From positions 1 through 17,559 of the forward strand of contig JAEOUE010000052.1 of assembly GCA_016839515.1 (NCBI GenBank): DNA of 17,559 bases, in the 5' to 3' direction. Below are positions 17,101-17,559 of the stretch, in pieces. The DNA is from Candidatus Hodarchaeum mangrovi (GTDB taxonomy: Archaea > Asgardarchaeota > Heimdallarchaeia > Hodarchaeales > Hodarchaeaceae). Numbering within the stretch: the first letter of the stretch is position 1; the number at the start of each line of letters is the position of its first letter. The notes under the pieces were generated by a model. It did no database searches. It was given only the letters and a program-made list of their open reading frames with translations, and had not been told where the DNA came from. The translations under genes and the position numbers were made by a program.

Positions 17101-17559
17101 GAAGATCTGTTTGGATTAAATGAAATTAAAACAACGGTAAAACAATATAATAAAAGGCTTAAGACTGCAATAAGTGATAGTTTAAAAATTCATTTAGAGG
17201 ATTTTGATAAGAAATTACCAGAGTTGTTAAATTCTTATGATGCTATTCATACTCAGACGGAGGATGATATGACTAGATTCATTGAAGATTTTACAGACAT
17301 GATATCAAGTTATCGAACTACATTTACAGCTCGTTTTCATGATTTTTTGACTGAAGAACGGAAAGAACTAGATTTTTCTGAAGTTAAAGAAGAATTAAGT
17401 AGTTTTACTAGAGATTTTTCACAAGTCTCCACGAAAAATATTGAAGATATTATCAATGATTTGACCGAAAGAGTTCAAACATCTCTAAAGAATGTTAATG
17501 AATCTAAAGACAAAATACAAGAATTAATTACAGAATTAGCCTTAACGATCGATGAAGAG
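14119..17559 (+). CDS. Giant protein (at least 1147 aa, 3' truncated): N-terminal TrmB-like winged HTH followed by a very long amphipathic coiled coil
   Basis: Not in the ORF track because no stop occurs in the window. Frame +1 from ATG 14119 (in-frame TGA at 14116) reads MMTAQEEIFSLNKTEIKLFSTLITFGAQTKRDLFINSAVADEKAENSLASLITKGLARQDKESGIIFSTLPLKNLI..., a TrmB-like pattern. It continues as E/Q/K/L/I-rich, Pro-poor helical sequence to ...ELITELALTIDEE at the window end. Start may be 14122. Confidence 0.85.
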   Translation, partial: MMTAQEEIFSLNKTEIKLFSTLITFGAQTKRDLFINSAVADEKAENSLASLITKGLARQDKESGIIFSTLPLKNLITLLERNNEKLQTNLKQDYQGIRKSFEENLQKFKEVNEKQLEELKTSNLVLKSALKKEWDSSEQLRREKSEEYIEDVLTSTSNRVSEVQAKFDGIFTAKKASHEKKWTDAVDQFQNIQDISSRILRESITKYEKQLLEIIRSTSTRINTIQTRILDIITTLETESNVQMQEFFTNTESTSNEFKGNLMSGLETSRNYEKNFVNELKKQIQSSLEADISKALSSVITQIAQDIDKEIEDALVGVKRKTENIIKDNSQQIKQEFQEFVDNASELISEQKSPINVLQSEILELSTEQKITTQQDLFLKQFESLLTSDLVALETNYRKVQKMAIDVMENIRRDAKKQLITQSSEFERLIQIFYENLEKSINRKDTDVVRLHQLSQSVNEFLRNLLISIPSRANQLKTQLNESFKLTSSELEKNMGGQSLTSLKEINEKISDSQKRVVKIFNETTSEGEKEIQNLLSSSDHILNVVSSLHESLNEKIQSRFEQRSKVLTTEIDAVSRNYQQVLSGLESDYTDIYDRIEAQNISNMNDIETNLQNSTLHLKTEVDSIFGKTGQNNREFLTQLETNLQNQIERILNVVKEGFNQIKKEFTTELNVQVENVEKNNKTSHDALQTVIDGFSEQTNQFIDTYKSEIKQAVDEREKMFLDLVDENRRAVDEVIGLHKSQITKYQEKGPTDILTFISQIETEVLNQNKNLKGALEEIQSVYDGLYDSTMDEVSGLIKQVQESAEKLSSVVSGSLQAISTSLLRTNDQIESYFVESISELENQVDVATGFVTSEIEASSQSVEEEVKVLRSEMEDTIKKLSTEIKDSIAHQDQEYQTKIPEIGQSFSQAFDGLIQERTKLNQELEQKTKENLSNLTENWQKQIEKTKNRLQEVTESIEVAIQTNIENMEIIADKNTELTIKRLNEVLNLDSTEDLFGLNEIKTTVKQYNKRLKTAISDSLKIHLEDFDKKLPELLNSYDAIHTQTEDDMTRFIEDFTDMISSYRTTFTARFHDFLTEERKELDFSEVKEELSSFTRDFSQVSTKNIEDIINDLTERVQTSLKNVNESKDKIQELITELALTIDEE

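Noticed and set aside
14119-17559. SMC/Rad50 or methyl-accepting chemotaxis protein
   Set aside because: No N-terminal Walker A, no hinge or zinc hook recognised, no TM segments and no MCP signalling hairpin motif seen.

Overview
AT-rich archaeal chromosomal window. It is most likely from an Asgard archaeon (Heimdall/Hodarchaeales-like); this is inferred from an Orc1/Cdc6 gene, a PGF-type CTERM surface protein and a eukaryote-like DENN protein. Gene order: Orc1/Cdc6 (+), GT-C/PIG-M-like membrane glycosyltransferase (-), large acidic sortase-type surface glycoprotein (-), PD-(D/E)XK nuclease-XPD/DinG helicase fusion (+), MoeB/ThiF E1-like enzyme (+), folliculin/SMCR8-like DENN protein (+), unknown protein with a UPF0175-like HTH (+), DegT-family aminotransferase (-), YggS/PLPBP (+), and a giant HTH plus coiled-coil protein of at least 1147 aa (+). 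The last gene runs off the window end and is absent from the ORF track. The most notable signal is the compact FLCN/SMCR8-like DENN protein, which appears to lack the GAP arginine finger and has a closely linked unknown partner gene. No rRNA, tRNA, CRISPR array or mobile element was recognised. Family assignments rest on motifs recognised by eye; no searches were run.
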